Assembly (NCBI GenBank): GCA_030390025.1
Contig: CM059432.1
Location: 72,666,001 to 72,730,000 of the forward strand
DNA length: 64,000 bases
Direction of reading: 5' to 3'
Origin: Squalus acanthias
Lineage: Eukaryota
Below the pieces are notes generated by a model that was not told where the DNA came from, searched no databases, and saw only the letters and a program-made list of their open reading frames with translations. This document shows, one piece after another, positions 12,772-25,448 of the stretch; within the stretch, counting starts at the first letter, position 1; every line of letters starts with the position of its first letter. The position numbers and the translations under genes were made by a program.

Positions 12772-13012
12772 ACAAGAGGGGGAGCCTCCAGTTGATAATG
12801 GCTGGATTCCATATATTGGCTGTGCTTTAGAGTTTGGTGCAAATCCTCTCAAGTTTCTGCAAACTCGCCAGAAGAAATATGGAAATGTATTTACATGTAG
12901 AATCGCTGGGAATTTCATCACTTTCATCACTGACCCCTTCTCATACGGCTCTGTAATCCGGCATGGAAAAAATCTTGATTTTCAGGACATTGCACTAAAA
13001 ATTTCAAAAAGG
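12772..13012 (+). CDS. CYP7A1: CYP7A1-like cytochrome P450, exon 2 (241 nt)
   Basis: Acceptor tttcacag at 12771, donor AGG|gtaagg. Encodes RQEGEPPVDNGWIPYIGCALEFGANPLKFL...YGNVFTC, like the CYP7A1 N-terminal proline-rich region (GEPPLENGLIPYLGCAL). Confidence 0.93.
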
Positions 13013-13927
13013 GTAAGGGATCTTACTTGTTTTCTGAGGCATTTTTTTCAGTAGTACAGTACAAAACGGTTAAATGAATAATTTGCCAAGTAATTTTATT
13101 CACAAGGTTCTATTTTATCTGTTTTAACTGTTGTATCATGTTTATCAAGAAGCTTAATTGACTGCAAACTGGTTTGCAATTACAGTTACACAGTTGTAAT
13201 AGTTAGTTGAAAGTGTATTTATGTAATTTGCTTCATTACAATACATACATTATAGTGCACACAACAAATCTTCAAACAAAGGACTGACAAATCTAATTTA
13301 AAAAGGACTTACAAAATCGTTTTAAACAGATTAATCACATTTAGCAATACCATACAGTATTTAACAATCAACTTTTTAAAAAACAGTTCACTTGCCTTTT
13401 AGCTAGAGACACCAGATGAACTCTGTGTAGTCAAAAACGAGGTACAGCTAAATCACTGTACTTGACTCAATTCAACATTTGACCCTGACACCATATTGGT
13501 TATAGTTATGACTTGATTAGGCATAAGCAAAAATTAATACATTATAATATTTAAGCAGCGGTTTACAAAGCACAACTGAGAATTATATTACCCCTTTGTC
13601 CTTTGGGTAGAAGTCATGATTCCGTTCCCCGTACCATCTAATCTCATTCACTTGCCTGGTGCTCTCCATCCATTCTTCTACACTGACAGAGACCTAAATA
13701 TCCTAGGTTATACCCCAAAAAGCGGAACTGTAGCAAAATTCATCCAATCATGTTTTTCCCAATACTCCCCTCTACCCAATCATATGGTCGGTACGAACAT
13801 GTCCAGACACAGACAATGCCTTGTGACCCCCTTATCTCTGCTTTTAGCCTTAGCCCAGACTTCTTCTGTTTCTGTGGTTAACGTAGACCTTAAAGATATC
13901 AAAAGGTCTAACTGTAAAGAAAACTTA

Positions 13928-15556
13928 GGGCTAAAAATTCCAGTGCACCGAAAAGCTGCCGCTGCCACCGCAGGCCTTAGTTAATGGCCACCTGAATTAA
14001 TCGCACAGTCAGCAGTATGTTGGTGCTGCTTGCTGTTTAACATTAGTGCAGCGCTAAACTTACCGTGTAAAGCTAGTTTTCAGGAGCTACTTAATGTAGT
14101 GTGGCCATAGTGTCCCTAGAGCAACAACATCATTCTTTTAAAGCTAGCCTGCCATTTTAGAAAGCAGTATTGGTCCCTTAAAGAGGAACTGCCTTCTAAA
14201 ATGAAAAAATTAAAATCATTTAGAAATAGGCAGCTTTTAGCCCTTGGAGGTCAACTGCCTTTTGAAAAGAAATGAACACTAAAAAGAATTCCCAAATGGC
14301 AGTCTTCAGCTCTTAAAGTTGAATTGCCTTCCGCATCTAAAAAAATGGTAAAAATGCTTCAGCACTAACACAAATGGCTCAACAAACCAGGGAAGGGGCA
14401 CCCAGGGTCTCGCACGCAGCACCCCGGCTTTGTGCAGGGGGTCAACACTGCAAGAGAGGTCCTCTACCCACAGAGGCCAGGAGGCCCTCCAGAAAGAAGG
14501 ATGTGGGACCAGATCGCCAAGGCTGTCACTGCCAGCAGTGTCACCCCCACCACCTGGCTCCAGTGCCCAAACAAGCTTCATGACCTCAGCCCAGTGGTCA
14601 AGGTCAGTGAATGCATCTTCAAAAGTCATCTCCTAACAACTGCACCACTAGCCTCGCACACTGCTCATTGGAAAGTTTGCTTTGTGGTGGCTTTTATTTC
14701 AGCATTGTGGCCAAGAGGATGCTGTGATGGTCAAGTAACAGAGGGAAGGTAAGGTGTGGGACAAATATTGAAAGGGGGATTTGGGGTTGTGGTCACTGGG
14801 ACTGCAGGTGGATGATTCCATCCCGGATATCCCAGCCAGAAAGGGGCTGTGTAGGTTGCATCCTTCCTTCCGCTTTCTCCTCTTCTGCTTCTTCCTCTTC
14901 TGCTTTTTCCTCTTCTGCATCTTCCTCTTCCCTCTGCAAGTGGATGTTGGAAATCTGAAATAAAAGCAGAAAATGCTGGAAGTACACAGCAGGCAGCATC
15001 TTGACCTGAGACGTGAACTCTGTTTCTCTCTCCATGGATGCTGTCTGACCTGCTGAGTATTTCCAGCATTTTCTGTATTCGCAGAGGCCTTCTTTACCAT
15101 CTGAGGCCTTGCAAGCATCCAGCAGCACTCTTTAAAAACTTTTAACATCTATTGCACCAAGCCACTACTTCAATAAAAAATATAAAACATCCAGTCCAAA
15201 AGCTTAAATACAAACTTACCTGAAAGATGTGTGAGTCCTTTAAGTAGCGCTGACAGCAGCTCTGCAGGTCTGCTGCACGCTCACTTTTCAGAGCGAGCTT
15301 AGGAACCAGCGTTAAAATCAGCGCTAAGGTCCAAGTTTGCAGAGCATGGTGTGAAGCCAGCGTTGCATGATGACTGATGTCACGCTCTGCTGTTTTGCAT
15401 TTCTAGGGCCAGCGCTGCTAAGGGCAGCGCTATGGCCCTAACCAAAATGGCTGCCACCGAGTCCCGTGCCAGAGGCAGACGGAAGTGAGGCGACTGCCAT
15501 TTTTTTCAACAAATGGACCTTACTGGAGAGCGGTAAGTACCTGAATTTGTAGACCC
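13928..15556. mobile_element. Internally deleted Harbinger derivative with Myb remnant (+, ~14374-14600) and acidic transposase-tail remnant (-)
   Basis: Imperfect TIRs gggctaaaaattc / gaatttgtagaccc; MAQQTREGAPRVS..REVLYPQ..WDQIAKAV..TWLQCPNKLHDL (frameshifted). Confidence 0.75.
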
Positions 15557-16129
15557 TAGTTCCAACATCATTCTTTTCATTAATTCTAACAAAGGAAAAA
15601 TGAGACCAGAGTTTAACAAAACTTAATACTAAAATGCATTCTAGCAAAGCTTAATATTGGAAAATAGTAAAATGGAATTATAATTCCACAAATAGCAAGA
15701 GTTCTTTAGTATGCATGACCACTGCTAGAAGAGTGGATAACAAGATAATGGTATTGCATGTCTCAGCAACTTCTTTGTTTAGTTTGTAATAGCAGAAAGC
15801 TTGTGACTGTTAGTTCTCCTGCACGTGAGTAATTCAGTTGGAAAGTCTAAAAACAGTTTATATTGTGGAGCAACAGTTCCAGCCAAAGCCTTAATTATTT
15901 AACTCTTTCAAGCAGGGTTTTCACACCTAAACAAAAACGCTTGTAACATTGACTGCCAAAAGTGCTTAATCCCTGGCACCTGATGAGGTGAAAAAGACTG
16001 TGAAACATCACTGAATTGGTTACTAAGCAATTTTCACATCTTGACAAAAGCGCTTGTAAAAAGTGTTTAACACATTGATTTGGCAAAATGCTAGTAGTTG
16101 TGACGAGATCAGAATAAGAACATAAGAAC

Positions 16130-16234
16130 ATACTTGCGAGTAGGGAAAATGCTAGAATCTATTGTTAAGGACGTGGTAACAGGACACTTAGAAAATAATA
16201 ATAGGAGTGGGCAGAGTCAACACAGATTTATGAA
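16130..16234 (+). mobile_element. Short CR1 ORF2 fragment directly abutting the satellite
   Basis: Translates LESIVKDVVTGHLENNNRSGQSQHRFM, matching ILESIIKETVTGHLDNHNLIGQSQHGF in the 60-62 kb CR1. Confidence 0.8.
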
Positions 16235-19200
16235 CCAATCCAATCCAATCCAATAGTCAGGTTCCAATCCAATCCAATAGTCAGGTTCTAATCCAATCCA
16301 ATCCAATCCAATCCAATCCAATCCAATAGTCAGGTTCCAATCCAATCCAATCCAATCCAATCCAATCCAATAGTCAGGTTCCAATCCAATCCAATCCAAT
16401 CCAATCCAATAGTCAGGTTCCAATCCAATCCAATCCAATCCAATCCAATCCAATCCAATAGGCAGGTTCCAATCCAATCCAATCCAATCCAATCCAATAG
16501 TCAGGTTCCAATCCAATCCAATCCACTCAAATCCAATCCAATAGGCAGGTTCCAATCCAATCCAATCCAATCCAATCCAATCCAATAGGCAGGTTCCAAT
16601 CCAATCCAATCCAATAGGCAGGTTCCAATCCAATCCAATCCAATCCAATCCAATAGTCAGGTTCCAATCCAATCCAATCCAATCCAATCCAATCCAATCC
16701 AATCCAATCCAATAGGCAGGTTCCAATCCAATCCAATCCAATCCAATCCAATCCAATCCAATCAAATCCAATAGTCAGATTCCAATCCAATCCAATAGTC
16801 AGATTCCAATCCAATCCAATCCAATCCAATCCAATAGTCAGGTTCCAATCCAATCCAATCCAATCCAATCCAATCCAATCCAATCCAATCCAATCGTCAG
16901 GTTCCAATCCAATCCAATCCAATCCAATCCAATCCAATAGTCAGGTTCCAATCCAATCCAATCCAATCCAATCCAATCCAATCCAATCCAATAGTCAGGT
17001 TCCAATCCAATCCAATCCAATCCAATCCAATCCAATCCAATCCAATCCAATAGTCAGGTTCCAATCCAATCCAATCCAATCCAATCCAATAGTCAGGTTC
17101 CAATCCAATCCAATCCAATCAAATCCAATCCAATCGTCAGGTTCCAATCCAATCCAATCCAATCCAATTGTCAGGTTCCAATCCAATCCAATCCAATCCA
17201 ATCCAATCCAATAGTCAGGTTCCAATCCAATTCAATCCAATCCAATCCAATCCAATCGTCAGGTTCCAATCCAATCCAATCCAATCCAATCCAATAGTCA
17301 GGTTCCAATCCAATCCAATCCAATCCAATCCAATCCAATCGTCAGGTTCCAATCCAATCGAATCCAATCCAATCGTCAGGTTCCAATCCAATCCAATCCA
17401 ATCCAATCCAATAGTCAGGTTCCAATCCAATCCAATCCAATCCAATCCAATCCAATCCAATCCAATAGTCAGGTTCCAATCCAATCCAATCCAATCCAAT
17501 CCAATCCAATCCAATAGTCAGGTTCCAATCCAATCCAATCCAATCCAATCCAATCCAATCCAATAGTCAGGTTCCAATCCAATCCAATCCAATCCAATCC
17601 AATAGTCAGGTTCCAATCCAATCCAATCCAATCCAATCCAATAGTCAGGTTCCAATCCAATCCAATCCAATCCAATCCAATAGTCAGGTTCCAATCCAAT
17701 CCAATCCAATCCAATCCAATAGTCAGGTTCCAATCCAATCCAATCCAATACAATACAATACAATACAATCCAATAGTCAGGTTCCAATCCAATCCAATCC
17801 AATCCAATCCAATAGTCAGGTTCCAATCCAATCCAATCCAATCCAATCCAATCCAATAGTCAGGTTCCAATCCAACCCAATCCAATACAATACAATACAA
17901 TACAATACAATCCAATAGTCAGGATCCAATCCAATCCAATACAAAACAATCCAATCCAATCCAATCCAATAGTCAGGATCCAATCCAATCCAATCCAATC
18001 CAATCCAATCCAATAGTCAGGATCCAATCCAATCCAATCCAATCCAATCCAATCCAATCCAATAGTCAGGATCCAATCCAATCCAATCCAATCCAATCCA
18101 ATCCAATCCAATAGTCAGGATCCAATCCAATCCAATCCAATCCAATCCAATCAAATCCAATCCAATAGTCAGGATCCAATCCAATCCAATCCAATAGTCA
18201 GGATCCAATCCAATCCAATCCAATCCAATCCAAGCCAATCCAATCCAATCCAATAGTCAGGATCCAATCCAATCCAATCCAAGCCAATCCAATCCAATCC
18301 AATAGTCAGGATCCAATCCAATCCAATCCAATCCAATAGTCAGGATCCAATCCAATCCAATCCAAGCCAATCCAATCCAATCCAATAGTCAGGATCCAAT
18401 CCAATCCAATCCAATCCAATAGTCAGGATCCAATCCAATCCAATCCAATCCAATAGTCAGGTTCCAATCCAATCCAATCCAATCCAATCCAATCCAAGCC
18501 AATCCAATCCAATCCAATCGTCAGGTTCCAATCCAATCCAATCCAATCCAATCCAATCCAATAGTCAGGATCCAATCCAATCCAATCCAATCCAATCCAA
18601 TAGTCAGGATCCAATCCAATCCAATCCAATCCAATCCAATAGTCAGGATCCAATCCAATCCAATCCAATAGTCAGGATCCAATCCAATCCAATCCAATCC
18701 AATCCAATAGTCAGGATCCAATTCAATCCAATCCAATCCAATCCAATAGTCAGGATCCAATCCAATCCAATCCAATCCAATCCAATAGTCAGGATCCAAT
18801 TCAATCCAATCCAATCCAATCCAATAGTCAGGATCCAATCCAATCCAATCCAATCCAATCCAATAGTCAGGATCCAATCCAATCCAATCCAATCCAATCC
18901 AATAGTCAGGATCCAATCCAATCCAATCCAATCCAATCCAATAGTCAGGATCCAATTCAATCCAATCCAATCCAATCCAATAGTCAGGATCCAATCCAAT
19001 CCAATCCAATCCAATCCAATCCAATCATCAGGTTCCAATCCAATCCAATCCAATCCAATCCAATCGGCAGGTTCCAATCCAATCCAATCCAATCCAATTC
19101 AATCGTCAGGTTCCAATCCAATCCAATCCAATCCAATCCAATAGTCAGGTTCCAATCAAATCCAATACAATCCAATCCAATAGTCAGGTTCCAATCCAAT

Positions 19201-19463
19201 CCAATCCAATCAAATCCAATCCAATCCAATCCAATCCAATAGTCAGGTTCCAATCAAATCCAATCCAATCCAATCCAATCCTATAGTCAGGTTCCAATCC
19301 AATCCCATCCAATCCAATCAAATCCAATCCAATCCAATCCAATCCAATCCAATAGTCAGGTTCCAATCCAATCCAATCCAATCCAATCCAATCCAATAGT
19401 CAGGTTCCAATCCAATCCAATCCAATAGTCAGGTTCCAATCAAATCCAATCCAATCCAATCCA
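16235..19463. repeat. 3.2-kb patterned satellite: runs of (CCAAT)n punctuated by a 9-bp spacer AGTCAGGTT/AGTCAGGAT
   Basis: Read directly from the sequence; produces the spurious IGLDW/NPIQS ORFs. Confidence 0.98.
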
Positions 19464-20244
19464 TTTCTCTGATTCTGGATTATTGCTTGTTCCCGTTCCT
19501 TCCACGCCACCATCAGAGGTCAAACTTTCAATCGTTATGCCACTGCCTTCCGGCATTCTCTTCCAAAAAATACTTTGGCTTGCTACCCTCCTCCCACTTT
19601 CAGAAGCCTCCTACAAATCCATGTCTTTGAGCATACCGTTTGTCTCCCACAGCCTATAAACTGGCTCCTTTTTCCTGCCTCCATCTCTTTGCCTTGTAAA
19701 CCGCTTTCATATGTTCTTTTTAAATGAATGTAAGTTGTTTCTGAGTATACTATTAGCTTATTCAACTCACAGGAAACCCCTGTGATTTCCATCAATGCAG
19801 CTATTAGTATTTTAAATCAGTGAACCAAACTGCTCTAAGTTCAAAGACAGCTTTTGATCTCTCCATTAGAAGTTAACATCTGGTGAACTTTTAATTGAAA
19901 ACAGAACAAAAGCAGTTTAAAATTCGTGACATGAGGTAACATTGTGAGCTAAGCATATAAAGAGGTTCAGAATAGCTGATTTTATCTATTCTTCCCTGGA
20001 TACATGCAGCACAAAATAATAATCATCTGTGTGTTAAAGAGAGCTTTCATTTGAAAATTGTGGTTTAGAAAACAACTAGCCTGCATTTATTACCTGCAAG
20101 GCCGTAAAGTTATTTTTTAGTTTATATGGAGATAAATGCAATTCATTATGAGCTATCATAAGTAAGAATACTGATAGTAAGTATTGATTTCACTTGATTA
20201 GCCTGTATAATAAATACAACAATATTCAATTCTGTCTGTCACAG

Positions 20245-20855
20245 GTATTTGATCATGCAGACTTTAGTGATGCCAAATATGGGATAAACAATCAAGAGAT
20301 ACATCAAATCTTCAACAAGACCCTACAGGGATTATCCTTGGACCCTCTGACCTCATCTATGATGGAAAATCTCCAGTTTGTAATGTTACAGGACAAGTCA
20401 TCATCAGACTCCAGCAGCTGGACCACAGAAAGCCTTTATGCATTTTCATACAGGATAATGTTTGAAGCTGGGTATTTAACACTCTTTGGAAAAAATGAAA
20501 AAGCAATGAAACAAAATAATACTGAAAAGGTAAAGGCACAGCATGCTGCTATTCAGTCTGTCATGGAGAATTTTAAAGTGTTTGACAATGTATTTCCTGG
20601 TTTAGCTGGTGGTATTCCATTGTTGTTTTTCAAAGCTGCCAAGGAATCAAGAATGGCTCTAGCACAAGCGTTATTGCCCAAAAACTTAAGACAGAATGGC
20701 AATAAATCTCTCCTCATAGAGGAAAGAATGAACCTTTTTGACCGTTCACCTGCACTTGATGAACTGGACAAGGGGAAGACTCATGTCGTAATGCTGTGGG
20801 CTTCACAGGCTAATACCCTTCCTGCTACCTTCTGGAGTGTTTATTATTTAATAAG
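20245..20855 (+). CDS. CYP7A1: CYP7A1-like exon 3 (611 nt), includes the I-helix
   Basis: Acceptor tcacag|GTA, donor ATAAG|gtact. Encodes KTLQG..LTSSMMENLQ, MFEAGYLTLFGK and the CYP7A1-type I-helix KTHVVMLWASQANTLPATFWS. Confidence 0.95.
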
Positions 20856-21266
20856 GTACTGACTTACAAAATTCATCATACAAGTTTGATCAATTTGTAG
20901 TGATTTTAAACCTGAACACTCTTAACATTGTACCATATTCTATTCATTTATATACAGGGAGAAAGATATATGGGCCGGAATTTTCTTTACCTGGGTGGGT
21001 CAGGTGCGGGCGGTCGGCGTGGCGGGTTGGGACCCCATTCCCCATTTCATGCTGGTCCTCAGAGTGACTTTCCCTTAATGGTGCCTATTAAGGCAGCCCT
21101 GCGCGTTACCTGCCCCTATTAAATGGTGCGGGTCTGATGACGACATTGATGACTCATTTTCAGCCAGGATATTTAAAGGAGCCTTGGCCACATTGCATTT
21201 GAAGGTTCATCTAGGAGTGTGCAGGCACTGTATTGAAGCATTGGAGTGTTGCAAAGCCTTGGAAAC

Positions 21267-23099
21267 ATGACTGCACAGAGGCAGACGGCTGCACCCAGGT
21301 TCTCCGATGATTCCCTCCATATGCTTGTGGAGGGCGTGAGAGCACGCATGGAGGTCCTCTTCCCTTCTGATGGGCGGAAGAGACCTCCCCAGCAGACCAA
21401 ACGAGCCTGGTTGGAGATTGCAGAGGAGGTGAATAGCAGGGATGTGGTTAGGAGGACCTGGGTTCAGTGCCGGAAACGCTTCAATGATCTCATTAGATCA
21501 GGAAAGGTGAGTGCAAAGCCACACTCAACTTCATCCTGCTGTGCCTCTCATCACATCCCCATCACTCTGTCTTCCCAAGCCTGCTCCTGCACATCATTAC
21601 TCACACCAACATACCTTGCACGTCCACCCATCCCTCTCTATCTACATTATCACATCTCTATCTGACTAACCACCCCTCACACTCACCCTCACCCTAATGC
21701 AATCATACCAACTGACAACACACAAGGAGGCCATTTGGCATTGTCACCCCACTCCATCATAGTCACCCTCTAAAGATGTATCCCATCCATTCCTTACACT
21801 CATTCCATCACTCTCACTCAAACTTCTCTTCTTTCCCTCCTTGCAGGAGAAGAGAGCCCACAATAAGAGGGAAAGGGAGAGAACTGGATGTAGCCCTCCA
21901 TCAGTGGCCACCTTAACTGCAGCAGAGGAGGTCGCCCTGGAAGTATCAGGAGTTGCAGAGCAGCTGGCGGTGGGAGACGGAGAGAGGGGGACATCTCAGC
22001 ACCCTGGTGACAGAATTACATCTCATACAACATGGCATACAACAGTCACTGATGTGCTGACTGATGTCCACAGCCAGTGAATGTTCATCATGTGCATAAT
22101 GGTCTGGTTACCCATTCTTGATAAGACATTTCTAAATCATCTCTTTACTCTCCCACATGTCCATCAAGAGCCACCCCACTGTCCAGGAAGAAGAGCAAGA
22201 TGACTCCTCAGAGGAGCCTCCAGCCTCTGAGGGTGCACCGTCAGCAGACATAAACACACCCAGCACCAGCACAGATACACACACCTCGATGGATCCCACA
22301 CGAGATAGAGTAGTGTTGTCACCTGGTGTGTCACAAGTCACAAGTGAGCAAGAGGAGATGGTGGAGACAGGGACAGCAGTGGAGAGTCCTTGCCAGAGGG
22401 CGCAGGGCACTCCCAGCTCTGCTCAGCTGCATGCAGGCGCTAAGCCTCAGGGGCCATCTAGAAAGAGGGCAATCCTGGAGGTGCAGGAAGAACTGCAGGA
22501 GGCTTTGACAGGTTTTGCGACCGCGATGTCAGCAAATGTGCAGAGAATGGAGGAGTCCATCTCCAACATGAGCAGCACCGTGTCGCAGGTGATGGCGACT
22601 GTAGGCTCTTCCATGGAAAGGATGGCCACCTGCATGGAGCAGCTAATGCGCCACTCAAAGGATCACATGCTATCTATGGAGAATAGATGGCAGAGGCTCA
22701 TAGACCTCCTTCTCTAGGAGGGATGTCAATGTCGACTTGGGTCCTCATGGCCCCACTGCTGTGCAGCAAGGTGCTCTCCAGCTCCTCGCTGGCAGGGAAT
22801 TCTGGATGGCCCATGAGAGGGATGACGGTGAGAGGGGACATGGAAGTGTGGGCTCCTCTCAAAGCAATCACACTTCTCCCCCATTGGAGCCCCACATGTT
22901 GCCTGGGATTGCGATGGCACAGTTGCAGGAGGAGCAGACTTTGGCGGGGCCATCACAGGCTCCAAGACCCAGAGGACGTCCGCCAAAAGTGTCTATGCAG
23001 TCGCAGCAAGGAAGTGAGCAGGCTGCCTCTACCTCTGCTGAAGCCACAGGTGTTGCACCTCGTAGAAGCACGCGTAAGAGAAAGATGACACACAAGTAG
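21267..23099 (+). pseudogene. Harbinger B Myb/SANT + coiled-coil gene; exons 21267-21506, 21847-22006, 22159-~23099
   Basis: MTAQRQTAAPRFSDDSLHMLVEGV..WLEIAEEV..RTWVQCRKRFNDL; donors gtgagt/gtgaca; exon-3 acceptor mutated cag>cat relative to C and D; frameshift near 22715; basic C-terminus PRRSTRKRK. Confidence 0.88.
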
Positions 23100-23265
23100 A
23101 TGCACAAGGGTAAGCACTTGTGTGTTTTAATAACTATTTGTGTTAAGCTTCCGTTACTCTGATGTCACATATTAAACTATTTATTTTCACCACTTTCCAG
23201 TCATGGCCAATTTTGTCTGCAACTTTAGAAGTGGCTCAGTGAGTCAGAGTGTAAGGTGAGACATA

Positions 23266-24077
23266 GGGTGTGAAATTCGGTCGTGCACCGTTTTGGGGCG
23301 GTAACGCTTGCGAGGCGGGACATCCTGCGTCCGGCAAGGAAGTCCCACCCCGGCCATGAAAGTCGCCTTACCGCCCCGCCCAGGAAGTGGAACGCAATGT
23401 CGGGCGCCCCACTTCCTGGTGGGGCGGTAACCGAGACAATGCCCGGGCGCGATCGGCAGCGCACCGTGGAGGTTCTGCCGAGCGCTGCTGCGTTTCAACG
23501 CCCCTCCCCTTCAGTTAAAGGGGAGGGCCGCTGTGCACTCTGCAGGGCCTCCGATGGCCCCAACTAGGCCACCAGGGCGGCGTGGTGCCATGGAAGCAGC
23601 CCGGCACCGAGACGTGGTGCCAGGCTGCGCGATGGCGGCCAGGACCACGCCATGGCACACCACAGAGGGGCAACCTGGAGGTTGACCAAAAAAAAAATGG
23701 CAGCACGGGTCGCAGCTGCACCTCCCCTTTAACTACCGCCCCGCGAGCAGATGTCGGCCCAGCTTACGACCCACGAGGCTGGTGCTGACACCGCCTGTGG
23801 CAGCCTCGCAGGGCGCAGCCGAATTTCTGCCGCGGGGCGGTAAGGGGACGTGGTGGGGCGCTAAGGGGTAGCCGCGCATGGCGATGACATAATCGCCGGA
23901 GACGTGGCAGCCCTGGGTGCTACTGGTGGGGGCGCGGCGCTATCGGGTAGCGCGTCAGCAACGCCCCGCCGAATTTTGTGGCGGTGCTTCCCCCCCCGGG
24001 CGATAACCCCTTTGCGCCCCGTTACTGCCCTCCTGGAGGTGCTAACGGTAGGCGCAAAGGAGATGAATTTTGCCCCC
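23266..24077. mobile_element. GC-rich MITE nested between the two genes of Harbinger B
   Basis: Ends gggtgtgaaattc / gaattttgccccc; TSD ATA. Confidence 0.82.
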
Positions 24078-24212
24078 ATAATGTTACCTCCAGCAACGGT
24101 GGTCAATGTGGAAGGAATGGCTTGGTCATTGTAGGGATGCTGTATGGTGTTGCCGTGGGGTGGTGGGAACCTGGCACAGCATATGGCAGCCATATGGATC
24201 TAATACCTGAAG

Positions 24213-25448
24213 GTAAGTAAATCTGACCATGATGAGCCCATCCCTGGCCTCCCGGGCAACAACGTGCTCGGGTGCTGGTGGGATCTGGACCGCAGGTTCC
24301 TCCTGCTCCTCTTCCTCGTCTTCCAGCTGATGCTCCTCCTCATCTTCTGAAGAGGCTGTGCACTCAGAGCCTTGCTCCTCATGCAGCGCTAATCCTCGCT
24401 GCTGCACTATGTTGTGCAGGGTGCAGCAAACCACGACAGTTCTGAAGACCCTGGCTGGTGCGTACTGAAGGGCTCCTCCAGATCTGTCAAGGCATCTGAA
24501 GCGCATTTTCAGCATGCCTATTGTCTGATCTATGACACATCTGGTGGACATGTGGCTTTCATTATATCTCTCATGGGCCTCAGTACTTGCCCTCCTCAAG
24601 AGCGTCATGAGCCACGTCTTCAGTGGATAGCCCTTATCTCCAAGCAGCCAGCCGGAAAGTCTGTTTGGAGGTGCAAAGAGCTGAGGGAGGGTGGACTGGT
24701 GCAGGATGAAAGAGTCATGGTAGCTGCCAAGGAATTTGGCACACACATGCATGATGATCTTCCTATGGTTGCAGATCAGCTACACACTGAGGGAGTTGAA
24801 GCCCGTGCGGTTGACAAACACTCCTGGGTGATGCTAGAGTGTCCTGATGGCCACATGTGTGCAGTCGATGATGCCCAGCAACCGTAGGAAGCCAGCCAGA
24901 GTGGCAAAGCCGATCGCCCACTCAGTAACACTGGCTTCATCAGTGGCAAAGTTGATATAATTGGCTGACTTGTCAAACAGGGCATTGGTGACCGGTGTGA
25001 TGCATCTGTGGGTGGCCAACTGCGAGATGCTGCAAATGTCTGCTGCAGATCCCTGGAAGGAGCCTGAGGCAAAGACGTTGAGGGCGCTGGTGACTTTGAC
25101 AGCCACTGGTAAGATGTGTCCACCAGGTCCTCTGGGCTGCAGGTCTTGCTCCAGCAAGCTGCAAATGTCTGCGACGACCTGACGTAGTAGCCTGAGCCTC
25201 CTTTGGCACTGCTGCTCAGTCATGTTGAAGAAGCTCATCCTCTGCCTCTATACCCTGTGATGGGGGTATAGCCTCCAGCGCAGGTGAGCCCTGCGCTGAT
25301 GCCCTCTGTCCTGTGCAGCATCAGGTCGTTGAGGAGAAGGTTGGTGGTGTTGTTGTTGGTGCTGCTGGTGTGCCTGGTGCTGCTGCTGCTGGGGCTCATC
25401 GTGGTCCGATTCTGAGGACCAAGGTGAGACAGTATAAACAGCATCCAT
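24213..25448 (-). pseudogene. Harbinger (HARBI1/DDE_Tnp_4-like) transposase of element B, frameshifted
   Basis: [59 protein letters not shown]; split across ORFs 25248-25448, 24834-25238 and 24126-24752. Confidence 0.93.

Noticed and set aside
16217..19396. Many IGLDW/NPIQS repeat ORFs
   Set aside because: They are translations of the CCAAT satellite in all frames, with non-ATG starts and no coding signal.
16235..19463. CRISPR-like or telomeric array
   Set aside because: There are no unique spacers (the interrupting 9-mer is constant), no cas genes, the context is eukaryotic, and the unit is not TTAGGG.
21267..23099. Host NAIF1/MSANTD/TSNARE1-like gene
   Set aside because: It lies inside TIR-bounded element B, is frameshifted and has a mutated acceptor.
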